A stretch of 64,000 nt of DNA from Paramoeba atlantica (lineage: Eukaryota > Protista > Discosea). Below the pieces are notes generated by a model. That model did no database searches and was not told the origin of the DNA. It was given only the letters and a program-made list of their open reading frames with translations. Position 1 is the stretch's first letter; each line of letters opens with the position of its first letter. A program made the translations under genes and the position numbers. This document shows, piece after piece, positions 29,751 through 40,900 of the stretch. The DNA lies in the NCBI GenBank assembly GCA_977017575.1, contig CDRNVI010000020.1, positions 124,001 to 188,000 of the forward strand, in the 5' to 3' direction.

Positions 29751-30069
29751 ACGCATCATGCAAAGTGTACATTTGTTCTATGTTCTTGCTTTATTTCGTA
29801 ATACGTGTTTTCTTTTGCTGTGCTTATACACGTAAATGTTATGTATGAATAGCTTAAAATCTGTAAACTTTGTACGTTGTATATTTTCCCGGTTCCGCTT
29901 TGCTACATTTATGTACAAGTGCACGCAATTTTTCCTTTGCTATCTCCTCTCCAAATCTATTTTCCCATCCTCCTTTTCATCCCCCTTTCCTTCACCCACC
30001 AAAAACCAAAAACCCACACAAAGCGAAGAAAACCTTTCTCCTCCTTCTCTCCTTTTATTTCCCCCCTCC

Positions 30070-31071
30070 ATGGTCGGACGCCGCCCCGAACACATCGCCC
30101 CTCCCGAATTCATCTACACCCCCGACCACGCCCACAAATACCACACCTCCTCCCATCTCACCAAAGTCCAACGCGATCTCGCCATCCGGGCCACCGAACT
30201 CCTTGCCCTCCCCCCCGTCTCCTCCTCCTCCTCCTCCTCCTTCTCCCCCCCCCGCCTCCTCCTCGACCTCGGCTGCGGCACCGGCCTCAGCGGGGCCGTC
30301 CTCCGGGACTCCGGCCACCACTGGCTCGGGCTCGACCTCAGCGACCCCATGCTCCGCGCCGCCCAGTCCCTCCCCCCCCACCACGACCCCGGGGGCCTGC
30401 TCCGGCACGACCTGGGCGCCGGCCTCCCCTTCCGCCCCGCCACCTTCGATGGCGCCATCAGCATCTCCGCGGTGCAGTGGCTGTGCGGGGCGGACGCCTC
30501 CGGGCACAACCCCCACCGCAGGCTGCGCCGGTTCTTCGCGACGCTCTTCGCGGTGCTGCGGCCCGGGGCGAGGGCCGTGGTGCAGTTCTACCCGGAGAGC
30601 GCGGCGCAGCGGGACTTGGTGACCCGTGCCGCGACCCGGGCGGGGTTCGGGGGCGGGGTGGTGGTGGACCACCCGCACAGCACGCGGGCACGGAAGGTGT
30701 TCCTGGTGCTGATGACGCGGCCGGGGAGGAGGGAGGGGGGGAGGGAAAGGGGGGAGGGAGGGGGGAGGAAACGGAAGAGAGTGGTGGATGAGGAGGTGTT
30801 GGGGTGTAGTACGGAGGAGGAGGAGGAGGAGGAGGAGGGGAGTGGTTCTGAGAGGGCTGCAGAAGACGGGGAGGAGAGGGTAGCTGTGGGGAAGGGGTCG
30901 AAAAAGACGGTTCGTGTTCAGAAAAGTGTTCGAGGTGCGTCCTCCTCTGGGCGTCCATTGAAAGGGACTCGGGCGTGGATCCGGATGAAAAAAGAGTTGC
31001 GACGCATCCACGGGGAGCCTACCCGGCCGGATACGAAATACACGGGAAGAAAGAGGCGACGGAAGTTTTAA
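30070..31071 (+). CDS. BUD23: 18S rRNA m7G methyltransferase Bud23/WBSCR22
   Basis: MVGRRPEHIAPPEFIY, LLDLGCGTGLSG, GLPFRPATFDGAISISAVQWLC, AVVQFYPE, RPDTKYTGRKRR. Confidence 0.96.
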   Translation: MVGRRPEHIAPPEFIYTPDHAHKYHTSSHLTKVQRDLAIRATELLALPPVSSSSSSSFSPPRLLLDLGCGTGLSGAVLRDSGHHWLGLDLSDPMLRAAQSLPPHHDPGGLLRHDLGAGLPFRPATFDGAISISAVQWLCGADASGHNPHRRLRRFFATLFAVLRPGARAVVQFYPESAAQRDLVTRAATRAGFGGGVVVDHPHSTRARKVFLVLMTRPGRREGGRERGEGGGRKRKRVVDEEVLGCSTEEEEEEEEGSGSERAAEDGEERVAVGKGSKKTVRVQKSVRGASSSGRPLKGTRAWIRMKKELRRIHGEPTRPDTKYTGRKRRRKF

Positions 31072-31320
31072 CTATAGGGTGAGAATTCCGGTATTCAAAG
31101 TTTGCATTTCAAACTTGATGTTCCTTTATGACAATTGTTTGGGCAGTGATACATTTTTTTATGAACTCTTGATTAGGTATACCATATAAACACAGAACTA
31201 GTAAACGGTGGAGATAGTTTCTGCTTTCGAAATTTTAGTAAACCAATTTGAATCACCTACCCATTGTTTTTTCTGTAGATTTTTTTCGACGCTCATTATT
31301 AATTATTCACATCTCACATC

Positions 31321-31776
31321 ATGGGCCGCATGCACGGAAATGGCAAGGGAATTAGCGGAAGCTCTCTCCCTTACCGTCGCGCCGTTCCTACGTGGCTGAA
31401 AACAACCGCACGTGAGGTGGTGCAGCAAATCACAACACTCGCCCGTAAGGGACTCACCCCGTCGGCCATCGGCACCCACCTGCGAGACAGTCAGGGAATC
31501 GGACAAGTCAAATCCGTCACCGGACGTAAGATTCTTCGTATTCTGAAGCACAAGGGATTGGCACCTGAGATCCCGGAGGATCTGTACCACATGATTCGTA
31601 AAGCCGTGTCCATGCGTAAGCACCTGGAGAAGAACCGAAAGGATTTGGATACCAAGTTCCGACTGATTTTGGTCGAATCCCGTATTCACCGTCTGGCACG
31701 ATACTACAAACGTACGAAGCAGCTTCCGGCCACGTGGCGATACGAATCCGGAAGCGCAAGCGCCTTGGTGGCATAA
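31321..31776 (+). CDS. RPS13: 40S ribosomal protein S13 (uS15)
   Basis: [22 protein letters not shown]; [16 protein letters not shown]; [19 protein letters not shown]. Confidence 0.98.
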   Translation: MGRMHGNGKGISGSSLPYRRAVPTWLKTTAREVVQQITTLARKGLTPSAIGTHLRDSQGIGQVKSVTGRKILRILKHKGLAPEIPEDLYHMIRKAVSMRKHLEKNRKDLDTKFRLILVESRIHRLARYYKRTKQLPATWRYESGSASALVA

Positions 31777-32007
31777 AGAAGACTTGAAAGGATGGAAGAA
31801 AAGACAAAAGGAAGGGAAGTAATGGTCCAAGTAAAGATGAAATGAACATATAAGATCCTTACTTATGAATGTATTGACCATCTAGTATCGTAAATTAAAA
31901 ATACTGACATGTAAAATATTTAGCGAAAGTGTTGGCTTGGGGATTCACTGATCGGATTACGCACTTCTCACTTTTTCACATTTTCATTCTAAACTGTAAA
32001 TGGCAAA

Positions 32008-32784
32008 ATGAGCTCCAACTTCAAGCCACCTGGATCCGACTCTGACTTCTTCCGCCAGCTTTGGATGAAGTCCCAGACCATCAACACGGCGAATCCCCAG
32101 GGGGCTACGAGTGACTACGCCCGTGAGGGGGCGGGTATCAACCCCCTGAACGCGGAATTCCCGACCAAATGCGTCCGTGTGGTCCCCAGTGAGTTTGTCC
32201 TACGACGTCTGCTCCAGCACTACGCCCACTCCTCGGATGTTATGGTTGCACAGTACTCCCAGGAGAACTGTACCGCATGCAACGCGATGGGAAAAGTACT
32301 GGAGTATCTCTGCCACCGACTCGAGAGCCACTACCCGCGGCTACACTTCTATGAAATCCAAAAGGAGCGGCTTCCGGAGGCCACGCGGCCGCTGCTGCGT
32401 TACCCCCAGATTAAAGGGTTTAGTCAAGGCCAGTGGGTGGATCTAGACTGGAAGCCCCCGGCAGAGTACACGGAGAATGTCTACCGCCAGGTGGAGAGCC
32501 ACGTCCACGCGATGCGGAAAAAAGGGCAAAGCGTTACGGCGCTCCAAGCTGAGGAAATGTATTTTAGCGTCAGCGCCCCCGCGATGACGGTGATTCTGGA
32601 GGAGAGCCTGAGCTCGTTTTACAGCCGGACGCAAGCCCATCTGCACAATTACTGGAAACAGGTCTCGAAAAGGAGGTCATGGTACTTTAAGAAATATTTA
32701 TCTCGACAGGATACAGAAAATAAGACAAATACCGAGGCAACGAGTGATGGCACCGGACTGCTCGGTGAGTCATGTGGTCTTTAA
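32008..32784 (+). CDS. Thioredoxin-fold protein with CxxC (CTAC)
   Basis: VMVAQYSQENCTACNAMGKVLEYL...LHFYEI...YPQIKGFSQG follows the thioredoxin beta-CxxC-helix-cisPro pattern. Confidence 0.65.
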   Translation: MSSNFKPPGSDSDFFRQLWMKSQTINTANPQGATSDYAREGAGINPLNAEFPTKCVRVVPSEFVLRRLLQHYAHSSDVMVAQYSQENCTACNAMGKVLEYLCHRLESHYPRLHFYEIQKERLPEATRPLLRYPQIKGFSQGQWVDLDWKPPAEYTENVYRQVESHVHAMRKKGQSVTALQAEEMYFSVSAPAMTVILEESLSSFYSRTQAHLHNYWKQVSKRRSWYFKKYLSRQDTENKTNTEATSDGTGLLGESCGL

Positions 32785-32917
32785 ACAATTCTGCATTCAT
32801 TTTTATTTTAGTGGTGTGTATATTGTGCGTAAAGCTACGTTAAAGAATATAAACGGGAAGCATGTCATTGTACCGTAACGTAAAGAGCATTTTTCCTTTA
32901 TATTTACGTTATTTTTG

Positions 32918-35770
32918 ATGGCCAAACCAGAAAAAGATAGCAAGAAAGTAAATCGCTCAGGTAAAGATGAAGATCAAGGAGTTAATAAGAAAGAATCAAC
33001 GCTCTCGGATGAAGACATAAGAATTATGGAGGGAGTGGATTTATGTGTTTCTCGTATTCAGGACAGTAATCTGGAGATAGCCTCTAGCGCAGTGGATCAA
33101 CTTGGGAGTATGATGCGTGACACATACTCGAATTCGTTGACCGGAATTCCGAAACCTCTGAAGTATCTGCGACCTCATATTCCCTCACTCACGGAGCGCT
33201 ACGAAGCCCTTTCAAAAATACCGAATACAGGTTTACCGGAAAATTTCTTACAGCGGCTAAGTGATATCTTATCGATACTTTCGATGGCATTTCCATCGGC
33301 TGAAAAACAGACACAGTGTCTTGATTGGAAACGAAAAGGAACTCTGGCATTGGATATTTGGGGGCACCACTACGTCCGTCAACTGTCTACTCAGTTTGTC
33401 ACTACATGGAAAGGAGCAGAAAAAGAAACCCAACTCCGTGAAAGCTTGCTTCCCCTATTGCAGGAAATTGTTCAGTTCGAGTTTTCTCACAATGGAGAGC
33501 CGAATGCCGTTGATCTACTTCTGGAAATCGACAGAATGGACTTGTTAACTTCACGCTGCACCATGGACAACTATGTTCGTACGTGTGACTACCTCCTGGC
33601 TCTCGCTCCCTATCTGCCAGAAGGAGAGGACGGAAAAATATATCGACATTGTGGAGAATTGTACCAAAGTTTCGGGGCACTGTATGATGCAATGCGCATG
33701 GCATTAAAGCTTTCCGATCACGAAAAAGCAAAAGAACTTTTAGATCTCGCCGCCGCGGACCCTCTGGTACAGCAGCAGCTTCTCATACTCTGCAACCGTC
33801 ACGGGGCATATGATCTCGTAGCCTGTTGTCCTGCGTGGACTGACCTTCAGGAAAAAATCCCAGAGTATTTTCTACATTGTAGCAAAGCGCTAGACGCCTT
33901 GGAGCCAAAAGCCCCTGAGGAGGTTGCGAAACCACATCTAATGGATCAACGCACCACACTGCACGCATCCAACACCCCACGTTATCTCCGACACCTGGCC
34001 TACACTCTGCTAAGTGGTTTCTCCAATGCAGGATTTGGCACCGACAAACTCACTACACTGCAGGACAATGAGTGGCTGCATGGGCAAAGAGAGCAACGTG
34101 TCATCTCGGCGGTTGCCTCTGTTGCATTACTGCACTTAGGAAATCCCACAGAGGGGTTGAACGCCCTGGAGAAGTATCTTAGCTCCGAGAATGTGCGGAT
34201 ACGGGCGGGAGCAGCGCTGGGTGTTGGGGTGGTGTGCCACGGAGTGTGCTCCCAGTTTGATCCCGCGTTATCACTGCTTACGGAAAATTTGTACGTTGAA
34301 AATACAGAGATTCGAATGTGTTCCATATTGGGACTTGGACTCGCGTACGCAGGGACACGAAGTGAACAAATTCTGTCCATCCTAGTCCCATTTGTGGCTG
34401 ACTCTAGCATGGACATTAGTCTGCAATCCTTTGCAGCACTAGCTCTCGGCTTCGTATTTGTTGGCACCGCGCACGAGGATCTCGTGGAAACCATGCTTCT
34501 TTGTCTCATGGAGAAGGAGTCTGCAGTTCTTACTGAAAATTTCACAGCGCCCTATCTAATCCTTGGACTCGGATTACTTTTTCTAGGACAGCAAGATCGA
34601 GTCGAGACTCTTCTGAGCACAGTTCACACATTATCATCCGAGGTTCGCGTCTTCATTGAGACTCTACTGACGGCACTGGCATATGCGGGTACAGGCAATG
34701 TACTGATTGTACAAAAACTACTTCACTTGATACGAGAAGGGACGAAACAAACCCTGAGCAAAGATAAAAGGGACAAAGAATCTGACTCAAAGGTGAAGCA
34801 TAACGAAAATACGGACCCGAAACCAAGTGAGGAGGCCGGTACCCCCGCCGAGGATGTCAAACCCAAAGAAGGATCCGCAAAAGGACCGGATTTGGCGACT
34901 CTGATATCTGGACAACCCGCGAGGCGGGGCGTACGGAAACCAAAGTCTTCGAAAGAGGTTTCTTTGTTTCTCCGCCCACACACGATCGCGACCTTGGGCA
35001 TCGGCCTTGTTGCCTTCGGGGAGAATATTGGGCGTGAGGTTGCCTGTCGGGTATTGGACCACATCCTCCACTTTGGGGATCTTCACGCACGCCGCGCCCT
35101 TCCATTATGTATCGCCTTGCTATCTCTCTCCGATCCGCATGTGACCGTGCTCGAAAGCCTTAGTAAGCTCAGCCATGACACCGACGCGGCTACCGCTCAG
35201 GCCGCGATCTTTGCCATTGGACTTGTTGGGGCAGGTACCCGGAGTGTACGTGCGGCCACAATGCTGCGCTCGCTTTGTGGTTTTCACGTACGCAACCCGG
35301 AGTGCTGGCTGCTCTGTCACATCGCACTAGGTCTGGTAGAGTTAGGAAAAGGGCAGATGACGCTACGAGCCGTTCACAGTGATGGCCTACTCGCCTCTTC
35401 TACCTCACTGTGTGGTATCCTCACCGCTGTGTTCTCCATGCTAACCCCTGAGGTAAGCGTTGCGAAATATTCGTATCTGTGGATGAGCCTGGCGGCATCT
35501 ATGCGTCCCAGACATCTGATTTTGGTCGATGGTGAGGGGAAACCGCTCGAACAGCAACCTGTACGAGTAGGGACGGCAGTAGATACGGTTGCAATGGCGG
35601 GAAAACCGAAAAGGATTACAGGGTTTCAGACTCAAAACTCACCTGTCGTGCTGCAGTCTTCCGACCGTGCCGAACTCCCGCCTAGCGCCGTCCGTCCCGT
35701 GGCAAAGAACCGAATTCTGGAAGGTATTGTGTTCACGGAAAAGGATCCTGAGCATGAAGCAAGTGTGTGA
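32918..35770 (+). CDS. RPN1: 26S proteasome regulatory subunit Rpn1/PSMD2
   Basis: SLTGIPKPLKYLRPH, WGHHYVRQL, HNGEPNAVDLLLEID, PC repeats, VRVGTAVDTVAMAGKPKRITGFQTQNSPV. Confidence 0.96.
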   Translation: MAKPEKDSKKVNRSGKDEDQGVNKKESTLSDEDIRIMEGVDLCVSRIQDSNLEIASSAVDQLGSMMRDTYSNSLTGIPKPLKYLRPHIPSLTERYEALSKIPNTGLPENFLQRLSDILSILSMAFPSAEKQTQCLDWKRKGTLALDIWGHHYVRQLSTQFVTTWKGAEKETQLRESLLPLLQEIVQFEFSHNGEPNAVDLLLEIDRMDLLTSRCTMDNYVRTCDYLLALAPYLPEGEDGKIYRHCGELYQSFGALYDAMRMALKLSDHEKAKELLDLAAADPLVQQQLLILCNRHGAYDLVACCPAWTDLQEKIPEYFLHCSKALDALEPKAPEEVAKPHLMDQRTTLHASNTPRYLRHLAYTLLSGFSNAGFGTDKLTTLQDNEWLHGQREQRVISAVASVALLHLGNPTEGLNALEKYLSSENVRIRAGAALGVGVVCHGVCSQFDPALSLLTENLYVENTEIRMCSILGLGLAYAGTRSEQILSILVPFVADSSMDISLQSFAALALGFVFVGTAHEDLVETMLLCLMEKESAVLTENFTAPYLILGLGLLFLGQQDRVETLLSTVHTLSSEVRVFIETLLTALAYAGTGNVLIVQKLLHLIREGTKQTLSKDKRDKESDSKVKHNENTDPKPSEEAGTPAEDVKPKEGSAKGPDLATLISGQPARRGVRKPKSSKEVSLFLRPHTIATLGIGLVAFGENIGREVACRVLDHILHFGDLHARRALPLCIALLSLSDPHVTVLESLSKLSHDTDAATAQAAIFAIGLVGAGTRSVRAATMLRSLCGFHVRNPECWLLCHIALGLVELGKGQMTLRAVHSDGLLASSTSLCGILTAVFSMLTPEVSVAKYSYLWMSLAASMRPRHLILVDGEGKPLEQQPVRVGTAVDTVAMAGKPKRITGFQTQNSPVVLQSSDRAELPPSAVRPVAKNRILEGIVFTEKDPEHEASV

Positions 35771-36049
35771 CGTACTGCACAGATGTCCTCTCAACTCTCG
35801 ATGAGTGAAGATTTTGACGTTACTTTGTTCAAAATATACGTGTTTACCGAGATCAAAAATATTACTTTTGTGAACGAAATTATGTAGTGTCTTCACGGAT
35901 GATAACATGTAATTTTATCGTAAAAGGCCCTTTAACCGTAATTTAATCGTACAAGGCCCTTTAGTAGTTTATACTACTAACTGTGTAAATAGTTTTCAAC
36001 AATCTTCTTATTCGCGTATTACTAGTTACCTCATTTCTCAGCTACAAAA

Positions 36050-37729
36050 ATGCGTTACTGTTGTCGATTGCTTTCTATTGGAAATTTGAAAGGTCTTCCA
36101 CGCATCTTTCCTCGGCCCGGTTTTGCCCCCACCCAGTCTGTACGTCACATCCTCAACAAAGTCCCGCCTACGACCATCTCGCGACTACCAAATGGATTTC
36201 GCGTCGCATGTGAGGAGCATCCAGAAAGTGAAGTAGCCACTGTGGGGGTGTGGATCGATGCCGGAAGCCGCTATGAGACGCCGGAGATCAACGGCACGGC
36301 ACATTTTCTCGAGCACATGAACTTCAAAGGCACACGTTCGATGACAAAAGCACAGCTGGAGCGCAAGTTTGAAGAGATTGGAGGACATTTGAACGCATAC
36401 ACCGCACGAGATCGCACTAGCTATTATGTTAAAGTGTTCAAAAAGTACGTCCCGGACGCGGTTAGCATTCTGGCCGACATCCTACGAAACAGCAAACTCC
36501 CAGAGAAAGATTTAGAACGCGAGAGATCGACCATTTTAGAAGAAATGCGAGAGGTAGAACTTCTGGTGGACGAAGTCGTGATGGATCATCTTCACATCGC
36601 AGCGTACCGGGACTGCAGTCTGGGTCTCACCATTCTGGGTCCCGAACAGAACATCTCCACTCACATCAACCGAGACATGATAGTGCGTTTCGTGGATCAG
36701 CACTACACAGGGCCCCGCATGGTGCTTGTTGGGGCCGGAGGTGTCACGCATAAGTCCCTCGAGACCCTGGCCTCCCAGTATTTCGGAGATTTGTCTCCGA
36801 AATGCGACCGTGGGGAGAATCACGCAGCGATCTACACCGGTGGGCAGTACACGTTGTGGTCCAAAGAGCTTCCCGCACTGCACCTCGCACTCGCTTTCCA
36901 GACCTGTGGGATAGCCAGTGAAGACGTCTTCGCTTTGCAGGTAGTGCAGCATCTGCTAGGGAGCTACAACCGTGTCAATCGAGACCTCATGTCGAAACAA
37001 CGCTTTCGTAGTCCTCAGTGTCTTGCAATGCGTTTCCCCACCGAAGACGGCGGCTCCGTTTTGGAACCCGATCCCCGGATAGAGACCTTCAACCCGTTTT
37101 TCACCCCGTACATTGACTCCGGTCTCATGGGGGTGTATCTCATCGGATACCCCCAGGAGAACAACGTCCAGCACCACCTCCGTTCCGTGATGGAATTCTT
37201 CTCCGAGTTGTGCTCCACCCGCCTCTCCGACAGCGATCTCGAGCTTGCCAAGTCGAACCTGAAAGCTGCACTGGTACTCAACGTCGATGGCACCACCAAT
37301 ATTGCGGAAGATATTGGACGTCAGCTCCTGCACGCCGACAAACGTCTTTCTCTTGAGGAATATTTCACCCACGTCGATGCAGTGAGCTCCGAGCGTATCC
37401 GGGATGTAATGAATCGATACTACCGCCCCGGAAGTCTGTGTCTTAGTACCGTGGGTCCCGTCTGTAATGCCTCGGAGGTACTCGTCAGCACAGGTGCAGT
37501 CCCCGGCAGCGATGAGGAGGGCAAGAAGGCGGACACCGAAGGCTTAAAGGAGTCGGTCGCGGAAAGTACAAACGAAACAAAAACGGAATCTGAGATCTCT
37601 GGTGGGGTCTCCAAGGAAGATGACGTAGATGTAGCATGTCCGATTCCCACTTTGGATTATCTTTCTCACTTTTCCAATACTCATTTGACGAAGAACGAAG
37701 AAGGGAGCACGATGGAGGCGTCGCAGTAG
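36050..37729 (+). CDS. Mitochondrial processing peptidase beta subunit (M16)
   Basis: LPNGFRVA, VGVWIDAGSRYE, GTAHFLEHMNFKGT (intact HxxEH), GGHLNAYTARD, DIGRQLL; Arg-rich presequence. Confidence 0.93.
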   Translation: MRYCCRLLSIGNLKGLPRIFPRPGFAPTQSVRHILNKVPPTTISRLPNGFRVACEEHPESEVATVGVWIDAGSRYETPEINGTAHFLEHMNFKGTRSMTKAQLERKFEEIGGHLNAYTARDRTSYYVKVFKKYVPDAVSILADILRNSKLPEKDLERERSTILEEMREVELLVDEVVMDHLHIAAYRDCSLGLTILGPEQNISTHINRDMIVRFVDQHYTGPRMVLVGAGGVTHKSLETLASQYFGDLSPKCDRGENHAAIYTGGQYTLWSKELPALHLALAFQTCGIASEDVFALQVVQHLLGSYNRVNRDLMSKQRFRSPQCLAMRFPTEDGGSVLEPDPRIETFNPFFTPYIDSGLMGVYLIGYPQENNVQHHLRSVMEFFSELCSTRLSDSDLELAKSNLKAALVLNVDGTTNIAEDIGRQLLHADKRLSLEEYFTHVDAVSSERIRDVMNRYYRPGSLCLSTVGPVCNASEVLVSTGAVPGSDEEGKKADTEGLKESVAESTNETKTESEISGGVSKEDDVDVACPIPTLDYLSHFSNTHLTKNEEGSTMEASQ

Positions 37730-37930
37730 AACGGTAATGTATAATACACTTTCCCTCAATTAGATTATAGCATGAACGTAATTCGTAGTACCCATGTATG
37801 GCATATGATATACCATACATCCCTTCTTATGAATGTGTTTCAACTGGAAATTCGACCTTTATTCGGTTTTACCTACAAATTACTAATGTACCAACAAAGT
37901 AGTGTAATTTTTGTCAGATTACTTCATCCT

Positions 37931-38515
37931 ATGTTTTCCCGTCCTGCAAATTCAGCGGATGTCAATCCTCGCGTCCGTCTCGGAAAAGTTCGAGGTAACG
38001 TTTTTCCAGCAGAATTTTTACTTCAACAATTTGCTCAAGATCTTACGAATCCGGTCCCATCTTGGTCACAGGAGGTATCTGTATGTGAATGGGAGGGCAT
38101 AGTGTGTAACGATCAATTGGAGGTCGAAAAAGTGGACTTACGCAGTCGTAAGTTACGCGGTGTACTGCAGTGGAAGTTTCTGCCACACACAGTTCAAATT
38201 CTTGTTTTCTGGGAAAATACTTTATCAGGCCCCGTTGATCTCACAGTACTCCCCCCTCCCTTGACCGTGTTCCGCATCTCAGAGAACGAATTTAGTGGAG
38301 AGATTGATTTGTGCCACCTGCCATCGAATCTGAAGGTGCTAAACTTGGCGAAGAACAATTTTTCCGGAATGGTACGCTTTGACATGCTTCCACAAGGTCT
38401 GGAGAGGATTCTTCTTTATCGAAATGAGGAACTTATGGGTGACATGATTATTAGTAAACTACCCCCTTGTCTGAGTATCAGGTACGTGCAGGGTACCAAA
38501 ATTCGAGTATATTAA
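37931..38515 (+). CDS. Short leucine-rich-repeat protein (plant RLP-like LRRNT cap plus ~5 LRRs)
   Basis: VCEWEGIVC cap; repeats LP..L.....ENxLSGPVDLT / NEFSGEIDLCHLP / NNFSG. Start codon uncertain. Confidence 0.85.
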   Translation: MFSRPANSADVNPRVRLGKVRGNVFPAEFLLQQFAQDLTNPVPSWSQEVSVCEWEGIVCNDQLEVEKVDLRSRKLRGVLQWKFLPHTVQILVFWENTLSGPVDLTVLPPPLTVFRISENEFSGEIDLCHLPSNLKVLNLAKNNFSGMVRFDMLPQGLERILLYRNEELMGDMIISKLPPCLSIRYVQGTKIRVY

Positions 38516-38817
38516 CCCAAGGCATCAAGATTTTAGTGGTATTACATCTTAACTGTACATCACATCAACATGACACGTTACATGTACATAGAAACCGAAA
38601 TTTCTAGGAATTGGTTCCTCCAAGACTACAGCAGTAGTCCTACGTTGTTTTAGTATACAGTGATTTAGTATACAGTGATAAAGAGGGGTGCTAGTACTAT
38701 AATTTAAAATTCATACAATATAAATTAAATTTGGTATACTAGTATAAACAATATTTACCGCAAAGTGGGAAGCGAAACAAAAATGCTCTTTTTCTAGGTA
38801 CACAAAAATTTATAGCA

Positions 38818-40383
38818 ATGGGTCAAACCTCGAGCGATCTTCGCAGTCCGGCGGAAAAGAGTAGCGCTAGGGGGACACCACCCACAGCACCCACCAGCAG
38901 AGGAAGACGAGGATTATCGACTATAAACATAAACCGACTGGCAGCGCAGAGCCCTAAGAACAGCGCGCTGTTAGACGGGGTAGTTCCACCGGCATTGTCT
39001 AGTGCAATACATTACTCGGAGCTCAATCGAGTTCAGGAGGGACCGCGAGCCACGAGAAACCACTTGCAACATAATGAAATCATCCGAGAATTTCCAACTT
39101 CAGTTCCGGCAACGCAAAAAACTGCGTTTGACGACCATCAAAATGGTTTGCCTTGCCCTTCCGCCTCTGGCGAGGCGGATATTCAACATGCTGCGGAACA
39201 GAATCCCAAGGAAGCGTCAGAAATAGCACAAGGTCTCACGAACAAATCTGGTCAGGAATATATTCCAGTAATGCCTACTGTGTTGCGATATCAAGGAACC
39301 GATGCACGGTACGTGAGTATAATGGGATCATTTTCGAGCTGGCGACCATTGCCCATGATAAAATCCAAAGATGAGTTCTATGTCTTACTGGAACTCCCCG
39401 TTGGGATGCACTATTATACTTTCGTGATAGACGGCCAAGATACAGGCCCGGATCCGAAACAGGAACTGGTGAGTCAAGAAGGCGAGCGTTATAACATCGT
39501 TGAGGTCCGCAGCGACCCCGCGTGCTGGTTATACACATCTGCGGAGGAGCCATGGCCTTCTGCCCTCTCTAGCGATACTGGTTGGAGCCAGGAAGGTCAG
39601 GAATTTGAAGTGACAAAGAAGAGTCCAGCTCTATTACCACCTCACTTGCGTTATACACCCCTGAATACGCAGCCCGCCTTTCAGCGATTAAAAGACCGAA
39701 ATTTATCTTCTTCATTATCTTCCGATGAAGCGCACGAAAAGCCTTTGTCAGGCTTGAAATCATCAGAAAATTCGCAGCAGGGAAGCGGTCCGAATTCCCC
39801 TGCCGGTAAAAAGAACGAACTTCAAACTTTATCTGAAGAAGATACACAATATGAGTTAAACTCCAAAGAAAAATTAAATCACAAGGTGGAACTCACTAGC
39901 TTGACATCCAATGGGGATATCCAATGGAAAACTGATAAAATACAAGTCGGTCTGTCAATATCAAGTTCTCAACCGAGTAACGTGAAAACGAGCTGCGCAA
40001 TAAATATGTCGTCAAGGCTGGAGCACCCACCCTCCGGTGTTTTACGAGAAAAAAGTCCCCCTTCGGCTAATTCTTCGTCACGAAGCTCACCTGAGGCTAT
40101 ACACGAGAAACCTCCTGCAACGTCTGAACCCTCCTCATTGAAACCAACTGAATCCAATTTTGTCTACCCTATCCCGCTACACGTCACCATCAATCACGTT
40201 TACTTTCAGAAATTCCAGGGCCACGTTGCTGTGGGCTCAACAATTCGTGTCCGTGATAAATATTGCAACATAGTATACTACCTCCCCAGTTCAGATAAGG
40301 CGACCGCTAAGTCATTGAAGGTTCAAAAAAATCATTCGAAAGATGAAAAAGAAAGTCATGGTCAGCGAAGTCGTGCAGTTTAA
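38818..40383 (+). CDS. AMPK/SNF1 beta subunit (CBM48 plus ASC domain)
   Basis: MGQ N-myristoylation motif; VSIMGSFSSWRPLPMIKS.DEFYVLLELPVGMHYYTFVIDG; LLPPHLRYTPLN; IPLHVTINHVY; TIRVRDKY. Confidence 0.88.
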   Translation: MGQTSSDLRSPAEKSSARGTPPTAPTSRGRRGLSTININRLAAQSPKNSALLDGVVPPALSSAIHYSELNRVQEGPRATRNHLQHNEIIREFPTSVPATQKTAFDDHQNGLPCPSASGEADIQHAAEQNPKEASEIAQGLTNKSGQEYIPVMPTVLRYQGTDARYVSIMGSFSSWRPLPMIKSKDEFYVLLELPVGMHYYTFVIDGQDTGPDPKQELVSQEGERYNIVEVRSDPACWLYTSAEEPWPSALSSDTGWSQEGQEFEVTKKSPALLPPHLRYTPLNTQPAFQRLKDRNLSSSLSSDEAHEKPLSGLKSSENSQQGSGPNSPAGKKNELQTLSEEDTQYELNSKEKLNHKVELTSLTSNGDIQWKTDKIQVGLSISSSQPSNVKTSCAINMSSRLEHPPSGVLREKSPPSANSSSRSSPEAIHEKPPATSEPSSLKPTESNFVYPIPLHVTINHVYFQKFQGHVAVGSTIRVRDKYCNIVYYLPSSDKATAKSLKVQKNHSKDEKESHGQRSRAV

Positions 40384-40900
40384 CGTCACAAAAAAATCTT
40401 CACGAGTATGTAAAGCAAGGTAGGCACTCTACTGGATTTACTTTACTCCGCAACACATTCACATACTACATCTGTACATCTGTGTCTTAAGAGATGTATA
40501 CTTAAAAGATGTTACACTACAGCACATCTGCATTGTATTGCTCTGTGTTTCACAATGAAACTTTCACTCACACTCGTAGAGTTCATACGAGCGTTTAAAT
40601 TTTAAAAAGAGGAGGGTCTGAATTACTACATTAAAAAAAATTGCACCTTCGTCTGCACCTCAGCTCAATGAACGCTTAAAAGGGGGATATCCGTGTGCGC
40701 TTAAACGGGGAGACGTTATACTGTATCTCTTAAAAACAGGCATTATTTCCATTTTCACCCACTTTGTACTCCCAGAAAAACTGTAGCAATATGACATAAA
40801 TGGGGGTATATAAAACTGTATAGTAGTGCTGCTGTATAACAACTATAATAACACGACTCTTCCTTCTGTCTCTCTCTTCTCTCTCTATGCCTTTCTCCTA

